This document shows, piece by piece, positions 40,772-51,871 of a DNA stretch of 64,000 nucleotides. A program made the position numbers and the translations under genes. Origin of the DNA: Lingula anatina (lineage: Eukaryota; Animalia; Brachiopoda); the NCBI GenBank assembly GCA_051362555.1, contig CM120648.1, positions 14,318,587 to 14,382,586 on the forward strand. Reading direction: 5' to 3'. Below the pieces are notes generated by a model. That model made no database searches, was not told where the DNA came from, and worked only from the letters and a program-made list of their open reading frames with translations. How positions within the stretch are numbered: position 1 is the stretch's first letter; each line of letters starts with the position of its first letter.

Positions 40772-42259
40772 TGTGATGATTAGTGTGTTAGTTGAGATTA
40801 TTTTATATTGCTACTGGTAGATGTCTCTATAAAACCCCCTTAACACTGGACGGCGTCCTTTGTGCAACGCCGTCAGACAGTCAAATAACGCACAGTGATC
40901 ACTAAGGTCGCACAAAGAATGTTCAAGCATTGTCGAGGACACCATGGACACCACGAAGTTTGAGCATGTTCAAAACAATCGCAGAGAGAACGTGATGGAG
41001 GATGGGCGCTGCACGGTAGCTCAATGGACACAGAAATGACGCACAAGCATCTCCGTGGTCGAAGAGAGGACGCACAAGCATTGCCACGGTCGTAGAAAGG
41101 AGGCACAAGCATCGCTTTGGTTGCAGAATGAAAACTCAAAGATTGTCCAGTGTTCGGCACATAGAACATTATTCTTTTCATTCTCAAATGGGGTCGTGCT
41201 AAGGTATTTTTTTACCAGACAGGAATTCTAAGGGCAACAGTGGTCTCATATCAGCCTCCGATTGTTTTTTCCCCTAAAATTCATGAAACTATCCATTTTT
41301 GTTGAGGTTATTATAAAACAAATATTTTGCCTTTTTTATAAGATGCATTAATTGTCAGAACTTTTTGCAGAATGTGTCATCTGAAAACGTATTCAAACAT
41401 GTTGTGTCAGTCATACTTTCTCGTTTTCAGCACCTTTCCATCCCTTTTATATGGATAACAATGAGCATCTGGCTGATTATCAGTCCATGCAGACCTTGCA
41501 TCACTATAGTTTAAAGCATTTATTCCTATTTATTTGTTTGGTGTGCTGGAAATGTTCTTTATTGGATGACCTGGTTAGAACCGATGAAAAAAATATGAGT
41601 TAGAATATAGAGAAGGACGCCCAAACAACGCTCATCGGTCAAGCAGGATGCAGAATGATCGTAGAATAGATGCCACTGATCGCGGATGAAGGTATAGAGA
41701 ACACAGCAAGAATGCTCAATGGTCGCTCAAACATCGCAGTGGACACCGAGGGTTGCACAAGGGGACGTACAGTGGAGGCAGGCAGGTCGCTCGCAGTTTT
41801 ACAGGTAAAATCGAGATTCAGTCGTTCAAAGGATGCACAGCGGATGCAGACGCCTTTACACTAAGACACAATTTAATTGCTTTGGCGACCGTTGAGCGTC
41901 CTGACCACATTTTTGTGAGCAAAAAGGACGCAAAAAGGATGCTGTCCAGTGTAAAGGGGCCCTAAGTAAAGTGTTGTCCGGTGTGCAAGTTTGAATCTCT
42001 CCTGTGATTGGTAACTAAAAGGTAAAACTGTTCATTGTATAATTGGTTCTGATTGGTAAACATGTACTATCTGAACTTGTATATAAGGGTTGACTTGAAA
42101 TAAATCATCCTTTTTGGGGTCTCTTACGGCTTCTTTTAGTGCGTCTTGGTCTTCCTTGGCTTTAACGGCTCCCTGTTGGTTCTTAGGATTAGTGAATTAC
42201 ACCAGTAAGTACATTGTTATTTGTACCTTCATAAGGCACTCGGCCGCGAAGGCGTAACA
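40772..42259 (+). repeat. 5' LTR (~355 bp net of the Harbinger insertion)
   Basis: tgtgatgattagtgtg...ggcgtaaca; tatataa at 42080 and aataaa at 42099; matches 48396-48540 plus 49701-49912. Confidence 0.95.
40833..41962. mobile_element. Non-autonomous PIF/Harbinger element inserted in the 5' LTR
   Basis: TIR ccccttaacactggacggcgtcctt / aaggatgctgtccagtgtaaagggg; TSD taa; empty site ctctataagtaaa in LTR2. Confidence 0.92.
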
Positions 42260-42261
42260 AT

Positions 42262-42279
42262 TGGCACAGTCGACAGGAT
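42262..42279 (+). promoter_or_regulatory. Primer binding site, tRNA-Ser type
   Basis: tggcacagtcgacaggat just after the LTR (second copy tggcgcagtcgacaggat at 49915); resembles the tRNA-Ser PBS TGGCGCAGTCGGTAGGAT of insect gypsy-group elements. Confidence 0.85.
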
Positions 42280-43172
42280 AGAATTCAGTGTAACTATTGT
42301 TGTGAGAGGATACAATTTGTGTAGCATATGTTTTTAAATTGACAGGATTCAATTTGTGTATCTAACGTTGTCAATTTACAGGACAGAGTTTGTGTAGCTT
42401 ATGTTGTTAGAGGATAGAATTAGTAGTTATTAGCGATATTAGAATTTTTGGGAAAGCTTTGTGTATGACTAAGTGAGAGTTGGAAAGATAGTGACACATG
42501 TTAGACGTGATTTGTTGCAAGGCGCGAACTAGTCGGAACATATTGCAGTGATATTTCACTTTCAGTGTTGGCTGATACTTGCGGCAATTCAGTAAATATT
42601 TTCAGTGTTGCATTCAATTTAGTAGTTTAGAGATATTTTGTGTTAATTTTCTGTTGTGATACTAAAACTGCGGAGACATTGTGGAGCACGAGTACTGAGT
42701 AGTAGTCAGACAGACCACATGTAATTACAGTCCCGTGCGTGTAGAGCCTTATGTTGTATTAGAACACAGAACACAATTTAGTGAGTTTATTTACTAAGAA
42801 AAACATTTATTTAAAATAAAGATTTCAAATTTGTGTTTTTCACTGACTTGCTGAATGAAGGAGTGAGTGTGAATTGTGTATTGTATATTTTTATCAATAT
42901 TGTAATAGCATATATTGATAGAGTACTATTCTACCTTGTTCGTCTGTGTTGAAGGTGTTTCATCATAGGTGTACATGTGAGTAGGTTGAATAGTGTGAGA
43001 GATTTGTTTGTATTTACTGTGAAGTTTAGTAGTGGCTTTTTGCTGAAACTTTCTTCAAACAGTAAATAGTGTGGTAGTGGTGAAAGTATTTTATTGTGTA
43101 GTTTTTGTGGCATTTCTGCATTGCTATTATCAATGAAATTGTGTAATAGATTGTGGGAAACTGGAAGTGAAA

Positions 43173-45076
43173 ATGGCATTGGGTAATGTGGAAAGTAGTG
43201 TTGTGTTGAATGTGCAGACAGCATCTGAAACAGAATTGAAAATTTTGAAAGGAATTGGTCCGGTGAAAGCTCATAGATTGGTGATTTGGAAGAAATTACT
43301 GGTATTAGTGTGGCAGGTTGGCAGAAATGGGAAAAGAAGGGTATTGTGTTTCTGGGTGTAATGGAAGAAAAAGATGAAGGTTCAAAAGTTGGAGATGAGA
43401 AAAAGGAAGAGAGTGTGAATTGGGAGGAAAAGTATAGACAGTTGATGGAACGAGTGAAGGTACAAAATGATATGATATCAAATCTTCGAGATGAGGTTGA
43501 AGAAGTTGGAGAAAAGATGGAATTTTTATCAAGTGAATTGGAGATTAATGATGCCAAAGTGAAAAAGTTGGAAAATGAAAAGAGTGAATGAGAAAAAGAG
43601 AAATATGCTTTGAAAAATGAAAAGTATGTTTTAGAGAGTGAGAAGTGTGATTTGAAAATTGAAAATGATATGTTGAAAGAAAGAAATGTAAAAATTCAGA
43701 GTGAGTTGGGAAAAACTAAACAAGTGTTGACGAAAAAAGAAATGGAAATGGAGGAAGAGTGTAGAGAGTATTCCACAAAAGAAGTAATGTTACATGCTCA
43801 GGTTGAAACACAGAATGAATTGTTCAGAAAACGTGTAGAAAGTTTGCAGAAGTGTGAAATTGAAAAATTGGACTTGAAATTGCAATTGGATGAGATGACA
43901 GCACGTCATAATCATTTGCAAACTCCGTATGAAAGAATGCATTTACAACATGATTTAGAAAAAATTCCAAGGTCAACTCCTAGAAATATTAAAATTAGTA
44001 GACCTACACCTGCACCTAGAAGTAGTAAAAAGAAAAATTTGGAAACCCCTGTGAAAAAGCCAATACTGAAACTAGAAGAGAGTGATAGTGAAAGCGAAAG
44101 TGAATTTGAATGTGAACAGAAAAGAGTTCCTTTGGCTGAAAGAGAAAAAGGACCTGTTCATAAAATGCCTAGTTTTAGTGGGAATGGAAGAGAAAATTGG
44201 GAAGCTTTTGTATTTAAGTTTGAAGGAATGGCAGAAAGATATGGATGGAATGATAAAAGAAAAACTAGCAGATTGATTGAATGTTTGGAAGACAGAGCTC
44301 TTGAGTAACCGGTGGAGTTTGGAAACTGCAAATATAAACATTTCAACAAAACTTTGAAAGAAGTGATGTCAAAACATTTTAGTATGAAAGAATCTGCGCG
44401 TAAAGCACTTCAATTAATGAGTCAAGGTGAAAGTGGATCATTGCAAGATTTTTCCCTATCGCATCTAGAGAGGGATATGCAGAAGGTGGTGAAGGAATAA
44501 CTGTGGATTCATATTTGAGAGGGTGTTGTGACAAAGAATCTGCAAAGTTAGGAATGGATAAAGAGCCTAAAGATTTATTTGAAGCGTTAAAGTTTGTGAA
44601 AGTTGCAAACAATAACTTCAAAGCAGTGTATGGTACAAGTGGAAGAAATGCGTCTATTAGACAAGTTGGAATGTCTGATCAGAGTGTTGAGAATGGAAGT
44701 AATAATCAATTACTCTACAACATGCAAAGAACTATGTCCGCAATGTGTGATCAGATGAAAAGAATGAATGATGCATGGGTGTCACCGTCGAATTCTCAGA
44801 GAAATTCTAGTAGAATGTTAAAATCACCTCAGAATGGAAACGTAAATCAAAGTACAGGGGGTCCACCACAATGTTTTAAATGTGGAGAAAGAGGTCATGT
44901 TCAAAGATTGTAAGAATGAAATTGTAGAACATCCACGTAATCCCAATGTTAGTAAAAATGCCAGCCCAAGTTCTATTTTGATTTGTCATAAATGTGGACA
45001 GAGAGGTCACATTCAAACAAATTGTCCTCAAATAGAGAATTGCCTAAGAATCCTCCTGGTGCAAGAAATTCGATAA
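43173..45076 (+). pseudogene. gag: gag (frameshifted): N-terminal HhH, coiled coil, capsid-like domain, two CCHC zinc knuckles
   Basis: LNVQTASETELKILKGIGPVKAHRLV; E/K-rich heptads; KMPSFSGNGRENWEAFVFKFE..AERYGW; CFKCGERGHVQ-C and CHKCGQRGHIQTNC. Confidence 0.92.
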
Positions 45077-45092
45077 ACTAGAATGGGACAAA

Positions 45093-47020
45093 TTGACCGA
45101 CCGGATTTCGGATCCCTTACTTCATGTTGAAGGTCAGCTTATGGAAGGTGGAAATGTGAAAATGATGAATGTTGGAAAATTAGTAGGGGAAAATTTTGTG
45201 ATTCCTGTGAGTGTTGGAGGTGTGAAAACATCAGCAGTTGTGGATACAGCAGCTCAATTTACTATCGTAAATAAAAGATTTTATAGTAAATTGCAGGGTT
45301 TGCCTGAGTTTTGTGAGACCTTGAAATTAATGCTTGCTGGAAAAAATGCATTTATGATGGGTCATAGAGTGGAAAATTTGAGTATTGAGATAGATGGGAT
45401 AGAATATAAGGAAAATGTGTATATTGCAGATTTGCAAGAAGGAAATGATATGTTGTTGGGATTGAAGATTTTGAAGGAGAGAAATTGTGTGGTAAATTTA
45501 GTTGATCATACGTTGATCATTGGAGAAAAATGTGTACAGGGAAGCATAGAAGTTGAAGGTGATTCTGATTTGAGTAAAGTGAATGGTGAAACAGAGGCTA
45601 AAAGTGATGAGAAATGTGTTGATGAATTAGAGAAAGAAGTTGAAATTTGTGAAAATATGGTGAGAACGAAAAAGAGAATAGTAGTTCCTCCATTGACAGT
45701 GATGATAATTTCTGTTTGTCCAGATTATGAGTTAGAGAAAAAGAAAGAGTATGTGATAGAACCTTGTGTTGATAGACCAGTGTTGATATCTTGTGCATTA
45801 GTTAAAGGTGATGTTTCTGTTCCTGTAGTTGTGAATGATGGAGAAAGCAATGCTGTTTTGAAAGCAGGTAGTGTGTTTGGTGTTATTAAAGAAGTTGAGA
45901 TAGTTGATTCAGAAGTGAGATGTAAAGAAGATGTATATGGAAAAGCTAGGGTGTCTGCTGTGAATAAAGTTGAAATGAAGTTGAATATAGATGAAAATAT
46001 GGATAAAGAAGAAGTGATGAGATGTTTGAAAAGAGATTTGCCTGAACATTTGCAAGATTTATTTGAAAGATCAAGTGAGGAGCTTGATTCAAATGAAATG
46101 GTTGCACTGTGTGGAACTTTGAGAGATTATGAAGATGTATTTGCAAAGCATGATCTTGATTTAGGGTGCATGAAAGGTGTTAAGCATACTATTAACACTG
46201 GTAGTGCAGCTCCTGTGAAACAGAAATTGCGTAGAACTCCTTTGGGAATGGAGGAACAGGAGAGAAAGATGCTTGAAAAGTTGTTAGCTTCTGATGTTAT
46301 TCAGCCGTCAAATTCCGAAATGGGCTTCTCCACCAGTATTGATAAGAAAGAAAGATGGAAGTGTTAGATGGTGTGTGGATTATAGGGAATTAAATAAGAA
46401 AACTATCAAAAATTCTTATCCTATTCCAAACATTGGTGATTGTTTAGATTGTCTGGCTGGAAATCAATTTTTGAGTTTGATTGAAATGGCTCAAGGATAT
46501 TTTCAAATTGAAATTGATGAGAAAGATAGAAACAAAACTGCTCTTGTCACTAGATATGGTCTGTATGAACAAACGAGAATGGCTATGGGACTGACAAATT
46601 CTCCTGCAAGTTTTTCAAGAGCAATGCAATTAGTATTGAGAGGTTTGACTTGGGAGAAAGTGTTAGTGTATCTGGATGATATCACTGTGTTAGGAAAGAA
46701 TTTTGAAGATCATCTCAAGGATTTGAAAGAGGTTTTGGAGAGATTGTGTTCTTACAATCTGAAGTTAAAGCTTAAGAAGTGTTTTCTTTTCCAAACAAAG
46801 TGTGAGTTCTTAGGAAAGTCTGTCAGTAGAGAAGGTGTTGGTTTAGAAAATGGTTAACCGAAAGAGTCATAGTTGTATTTGTGTAGTATGGCTGTGAAAG
46901 AATTATGGAATTGCAAAGAACAATTGATTATTTTGAATGATGTGTTATATTGCAAATAGGAAAAGAAAGAAGATAGACATTTGTGTTTAATTGTACCAGA
47001 AGATTTGGTCAATGAAGTTT
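45093..47020 (+). pseudogene. pol: pol (protease and reverse transcriptase; RNase H deleted, integrase essentially absent)
   Basis: AVVDTAAQFTIV protease; WASPPVLIRKKDGSVRWCVDYRELN and VYLDD in RT; frameshift near 46320; after FLGKSVSREGV it jumps to VKELWNCKEQL..NDVLY...LIVPEDL, the linker preceding integrase, then ends. Confidence 0.95.
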
Positions 47021-47121
47021 TTTTTTTTTCTTTATTTGAATTTGCTTTATGTTTAAGTAATATGTTCACATAGTAAATGTGGCAATGCTGTAATACTATG
47101 TTAGTAATGTAATACTATGTT

Positions 47122-47297
47122 CAGGCCCGTAGCCAGGGGGGTCAGGGGGGGGGGGTTTCGAAAGAACCACCCTTTTTGCTGGGAAAAGGTCCACTCTGAG
47201 TAAAATTTGACATATGTTCTTGAGGATTTTATGGTAAAAGGTCCACTTTTTCAGAAAACGACCCCCCCCCCCTCTGAAATTGCTGGCTATGGGCCTG
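47122..47297. mobile_element. MITE with CAGG ends and 5-bp TSD inside the Gypsy element
   Basis: caggcccgtagccag / ctggctatgggcctg; TSD atgtt. Confidence 0.9.
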
Positions 47298-47398
47298 ATG
47301 TTTATAATGTAATATGCTAATATTCATTTGAAAGAAAAGATCATTATCATGCTATTTTTATTCAAGAAAATAAACCCTTGTATAAGTTTATTTCAGAT

Positions 47399-48020
47399 AT
47401 GGATGATTTAGAAATGCTAGATGAAGCCTATTTTGTCCCTGATTATGATGACACTGATCTGGTGGAAGATCCTACTGTCCTAATTGGTGAAGAGGGGGGG
47501 GGGAGTTACCCACTCAAAGCGCAGGAAGAAACAGCGGAAAGAAGTTCAGTGTGGTTTGTGCCTAATGTCCAGTGCTGACTTGAGTAGACATCTTGCATGT
47601 CATGTGAAATCTGTGATGTGTTGGTATTGCAGATTGATAGGGAAGGACAATATTCGTTTTTGCGTAAACGTCATGGTGATGTTCATTTGTATGGAACTGG
47701 TGAATTCGAGGAAAAACTGGGGATCCAGTTGGTGAATGGATTTATATGTTTCCTGATCTTGACACTAAATATAAGAAATATATGGGAACTGATGAAATAT
47801 GGGCAAAGTGAAGGACTAGTAATATTACCAGGACATTAACTTTGTGAAAATATACATTTATGGAAATGGTATGGTGCCTATGCTTGAGATTCTTAATTCT
47901 TTGTTGACTTTGTTTCACTGGAGAACTTTGTATCATCTGTTACAAAAACTTTCATCAGAGGATCGTGAACTCAGTAGTCATTGGTATCGGCAGATGAAAT
48001 TTACTTTGCTACATGGATGA
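47399..48020 (+). pseudogene. Third ORF of the Gypsy element: acidic N-terminus, basic patch, C2H2-like zinc fingers (frameshifted)
   Basis: MDDLEMLDEAYFVPDYDDTD... / KRRKKQRKEVQCGLCLMSSADLSRHLACH..CWYC / LRKRHGDVH..LVNGFICFL / LNSLLTLFHWRTLYHLLQKLS; preceded by acceptor-like tttcag. Confidence 0.6.
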
Positions 48021-48381
48021 AAAATGAACTATATAATGATTTGACATTTCACATTGACATTGTTATCATTAATAATGTTGTTTTGAGCAACTGAGTTAAA
48101 ATCACTTTGTTTACTTTAAAGTTGATTTAAAGTGATAATGGATTTTAAAGCTTTATTTTGCTTTCCTAAAGATGGACATTTATGCTGAAAGATGGACTTG
48201 CTTGACTTTGCGTGTGTTAAAGTTAAATGTTGAATCTTGGCATAACAAGAATGAACTATTTGCATTACTTGCTTATTTTAAATGTAAAGTACCATTTCAG
48301 TTGTTGAATTATAATAATTGTTAGTTAAGAAATTTAAATTAATGGTTTATATTGTAATGATAGGGGGGAGTTTTGTTCGTC

Positions 48382-48395
48382 AAAAGGGGGGAGAG
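48382..48395 (+). promoter_or_regulatory. Polypurine tract
   Basis: aaaaggggggagag immediately before LTR2 (tgtgacg). Confidence 0.88.
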
Positions 48396-49486
48396 TGTGA
48401 CGATGTAGTGTGTTAGTTGAGATTATTTTATATTGCTACTGGTAGATGTCTCTATAAGTAAAGTGTTGTCTGGTATGCAAGTTTGAATCTCTCCTGTGAT
48501 TGGTAACTTAAAGGTAAAACTGTTCATTGTATAATTGGTTAATTGGATCCTATTCTCATTATACATGTTACCTGTAGAAGATATCATACTAAAGCATGGT
48601 TTGAACACTGTTATTTTTGCAGATGATACAAGTCTATATTACATGCAAGAGCAGCCAGTCTGCAACAATCACTTCTATGGAGACTTGTCTTGCAGAGATT
48701 CGAGAATGGATGAAAGTAAATATGTTGGCTTTAAATGATAGTAAGACTGAGTTGATATGGTTTACATTAAGGTTCAAGGCAAATAGGAAAAATGCAGCAA
48801 ATGCCAACATTTGCATAGGAGATGTTCTTATAAAACCATCTAGTTCTGTAAGATATCTGGGAGTTACCCTCGATGAAAATTGCACTATGGGGAGGTGTGT
48901 ATCTGAAGTATGTAAATTAGCATCTTATGCACTATGGCGCATTGGAAAAATAAGGAAAGAGTTAAATAACAAAATCACTGAAAAATTAGTACATGCATTT
49001 ATATCATCAAGATTAGATTACTGCAATAGTCTCCTCTTTGGTATTTGTGACCATCAGATTAAAAAGTTACAAGTTATTCAAAACTCAGCTGCAAGACTGG
49101 TTTGTCAAATTAAGTGCAATAGCACACACCATATCACTCCCATTCTGAAAGAATTACACTGGCTGCCTGTGAAGCAGAGGATTGATTTTAAAGTACTGTA
49201 CTTTGTATTATTTTTAAGGCGATCCATTCACAAGGACCATTATATTTATATGATCTTATCTGTTTTAACTTACCACGGTGGTCCACACATTTTAATACTG
49301 AGAATGATTTTATTTTAGAACATTCTGTTTTAGAGAAGGGGTGCCTCAAAAGTTATGGAGATCGTGCTTTTATAATCTACGCCCCAAAAGTGTGGAATGC
49401 CCTACCAAATTTTATTAGAAAAACAGAAGACTTTGACAATTTTAAATCTCTTTTAAAGACCCACATTTTAAATTCTGTCTATATCG

Positions 49487-49533
<47 letters not shown>

Positions 49534-49912
49534 TTTAATAAGATTGATTTTAAGTAGTGTAAATTTTAAATGGTTTCCAGTGAGAGTTTAAGATTAAAAT
49601 ATTGTCATTTTAATGATTTTAGTACATTAGCCATTATTGTAAGGCACCTTGAGATAGAATGTAAGGCGCCATATAAGAATCTTATTATTATTATTATTAT
49701 TCTGATTGGTAAACGTGCACTATCTGAACTTGTATATAAGGGTTGACTTGAAATAAATCATCCTTTTTTGGGTCTCTTACGGCTTCTTTTAGTGTGTCTT
49801 GGTCTTCCTTGGCTTTAACGGCTCCCTGTTGGTTCTTAGGATTAGTGAATTACACCAGTAAGTACATTGTTATTTGTACCTTCATAAGGAACTCGGCCGC
49901 GTAGGCGTAACA
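48396..49912 (+). repeat. Second LTR, interrupted by an L2 LINE
   Basis: Matches LTR1 with about a dozen differences by eye; split at ataattggtt|ctgattgg. Confidence 0.95.
48541..49700 (+). mobile_element. 5'-truncated L2-clade LINE
   Basis: LFSLYMLP..FADDT; WMKVNMLALNDSKTE, VRYLGVTLD, LVHAFISSRLDYCNSLL, HITPILKELHWLPV; 3' end aaggcacc...aaggcgccatataagaat with (tta)n tail. Confidence 0.94.
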
Positions 49913-50387
49913 ATTGGCGCAGTCGACAGGATAGAATTCTGTGTAGCTATTGTTGTGAGAGGATACAATTTGTGTAGCATATGTTGTTAAATAGACAGGA
50001 TTCAATTTGTGTATTTAATGTTGTCAATTTACAGGATAGAATTTGTGTAGCTTATGTTGTTAGAGGATAGAATTAGTAGTTATTAGCGATATTAGAATTT
50101 TTGAAAAGCTTTGTGTATGACTTAGAGTTGGAAAGATAGTGACACGTGTTAGACGGGACTTGTTGCAAGACGCAAACTAGTCGGAACATATTGCAGTGAT
50201 ATTTCACTTTCAGTGTTGGCTGATACTCGCGGCAATTCAGTAAATATTTTCAGTGTTGCATTCAATTTAGTAGTTTAGAGATATTTTGTATTAATTTTCT
50301 GTTGTGATACTAAAACTTAGTGAATTACACCAGTAAGTACATTGTTATTTGTACCTTCATAAGGCACTCGGCCGTGAAGGCGTAACA
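49913..50387 (+). mobile_element. Second PBS and leader fused to the last ~70 bp of a third LTR
   Basis: 49913-50317 duplicates 42260-42669, then joins tagtgaattacacc...ggcgtaaca, followed by the TSD. Confidence 0.93.
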
Positions 50388-51363
50388 CTTCTGCTGCATT
50401 TTAGTGCTTTTTTCATCTGCTTTGGGGCAGCACTTTACAGTAAAGTTCTTGTGACTGGGAGGCTATACTGTTAATTAAGATATCTTGATTTTTATATACA
50501 GATGCAATAAGTGTATTTATGGTAATTAGGACTAAAATGCAGCCTGAGTTGGAAAAACAGTGTTAATTGGCTTCTTTTTCAGAAGTTATACATTTTTATG
50601 AAATTTATTGGCATTGTGGGACTTGGAACTCCCACACGCTTGAAGCAAAATGGTAATTTCTACATATCCTTGTTATTTATATTAGATATTTAGGATGGTG
50701 GTAATTTCACTGTAATATTGCATCAAAATTGACAAAAAAACTGCTTTGTGCTCTGCCACCACAAATGTTATGAAAAGATAACTGTTATTTACAGTGAAGT
50801 TATTGTGACTGGGAGGCTATACTGGTAAGGTATTCTGTTTAGGTCTTGGGTAAAATTGTTAGAATCTGAAGTATGGTGTTTGTTGAAGAATGGAAAGTAT
50901 TTTTTATGGAATTAAACGTTACAATGGAAATGAATGGGACTTTTTTATAGTGGTTTGTAACCTAGAACGAAAGTGGTCTTTTTAATTTCTATGGCAAGTG
51001 TAATACTTAAAATGGATCATTATCGAAACACAATGTGTCCTGCACTGAACAGTATCTGAGGTATGTCCTGTAAGCCTAACTGTAATCATTACCAAACTTT
51101 CCCATGCCTAGACTGTCCATCTGGAGCGGTCTAACTCAATCCCAGGGGAGTCTCACTAAATTCCTATCTACCTAACCAGCTTGAATGTCTGAATCAACTA
51201 GAGGGTGAAGATAATTACCCCCTGACAGGTTTACAAGGCATGACAGACATTTGAGCCATTGAAGTTGATGGGAATTTAGTGAGACTCTCCAGGAAGATAG
51301 ATCAATCCAAATATCTGTGGGAATGGTCCCTAAGGCTAACCCTAACCCTTATGCTAGCCCTAA

Positions 51364-51871
51364 GGCTACGTTCACATGGAAAGTCTATTTTCTAAAAATC
51401 TATTTTCTATTCGCGGTATCTTATGATCACGGTCTGTGCCCTGAATATCCCGTGGCGTAATTACTGGCAGCGCAAGCCAGTTACTTATACAAAGCTGTAA
51501 TTAATTCTCGGCTGTGCTCGCATTCTATAAAATCTCATCCTCGCTTGCCATCGGGTCATAACGATTGCACTCGTATCTGTCGTGTGTATAGCTTCTTCAT
51601 CTTCTTCGTCTTGTTGTTGCACAAAATCGACAAACACATTTTTCAAAGCAACCGCGACCGCTATTAACTTTCTAACTTCCTACTGCGCATGTGTCAAGGT
51701 ATCAGAATCTCCTCCGTGCACAGCCAAGAATTAATTACAGCTTTGGAAGTAACTGTCTCGCGCTGCCAGTAATTACACCACGGGATATTCAGGGCACAGA
51801 CCATGATCACAAAATATACCGCGAATAGAAAATAGATTTTTAGAAAATAGACTTTCCATGTGAATGAAGCC
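51364..51871. mobile_element. PIF/Harbinger MITE with ~155-bp TIRs
   Basis: ggctacgttcacatggaaagtct / agactttccatgtgaatgaagcc; TSD taa; empty site gctagccctaagtcttaccc in the array units. Confidence 0.95.

Larger units (their letters stand above)
40772..50387 (+). mobile_element. Gypsy/Ty3 LTR retrotransposon, defective, three-LTR structure
   Basis: TG...CA ends; 4-bp TSD cctc/cttc; LTR1 40772-42259, LTR2 48396-49912, partial LTR3 ~50318-50387; PBS, PPT and gag-PR-RT order. Confidence 0.96.

Noticed and set aside
40873-41965. Transposase within the Harbinger element
   Set aside because: Short ORFs without DDE or Myb/SANT motifs; the element is non-autonomous.
42931-43557. 208-aa antisense ORF
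   Set aside because: Shadow of the purine-rich gag strand with no recognisable domain.
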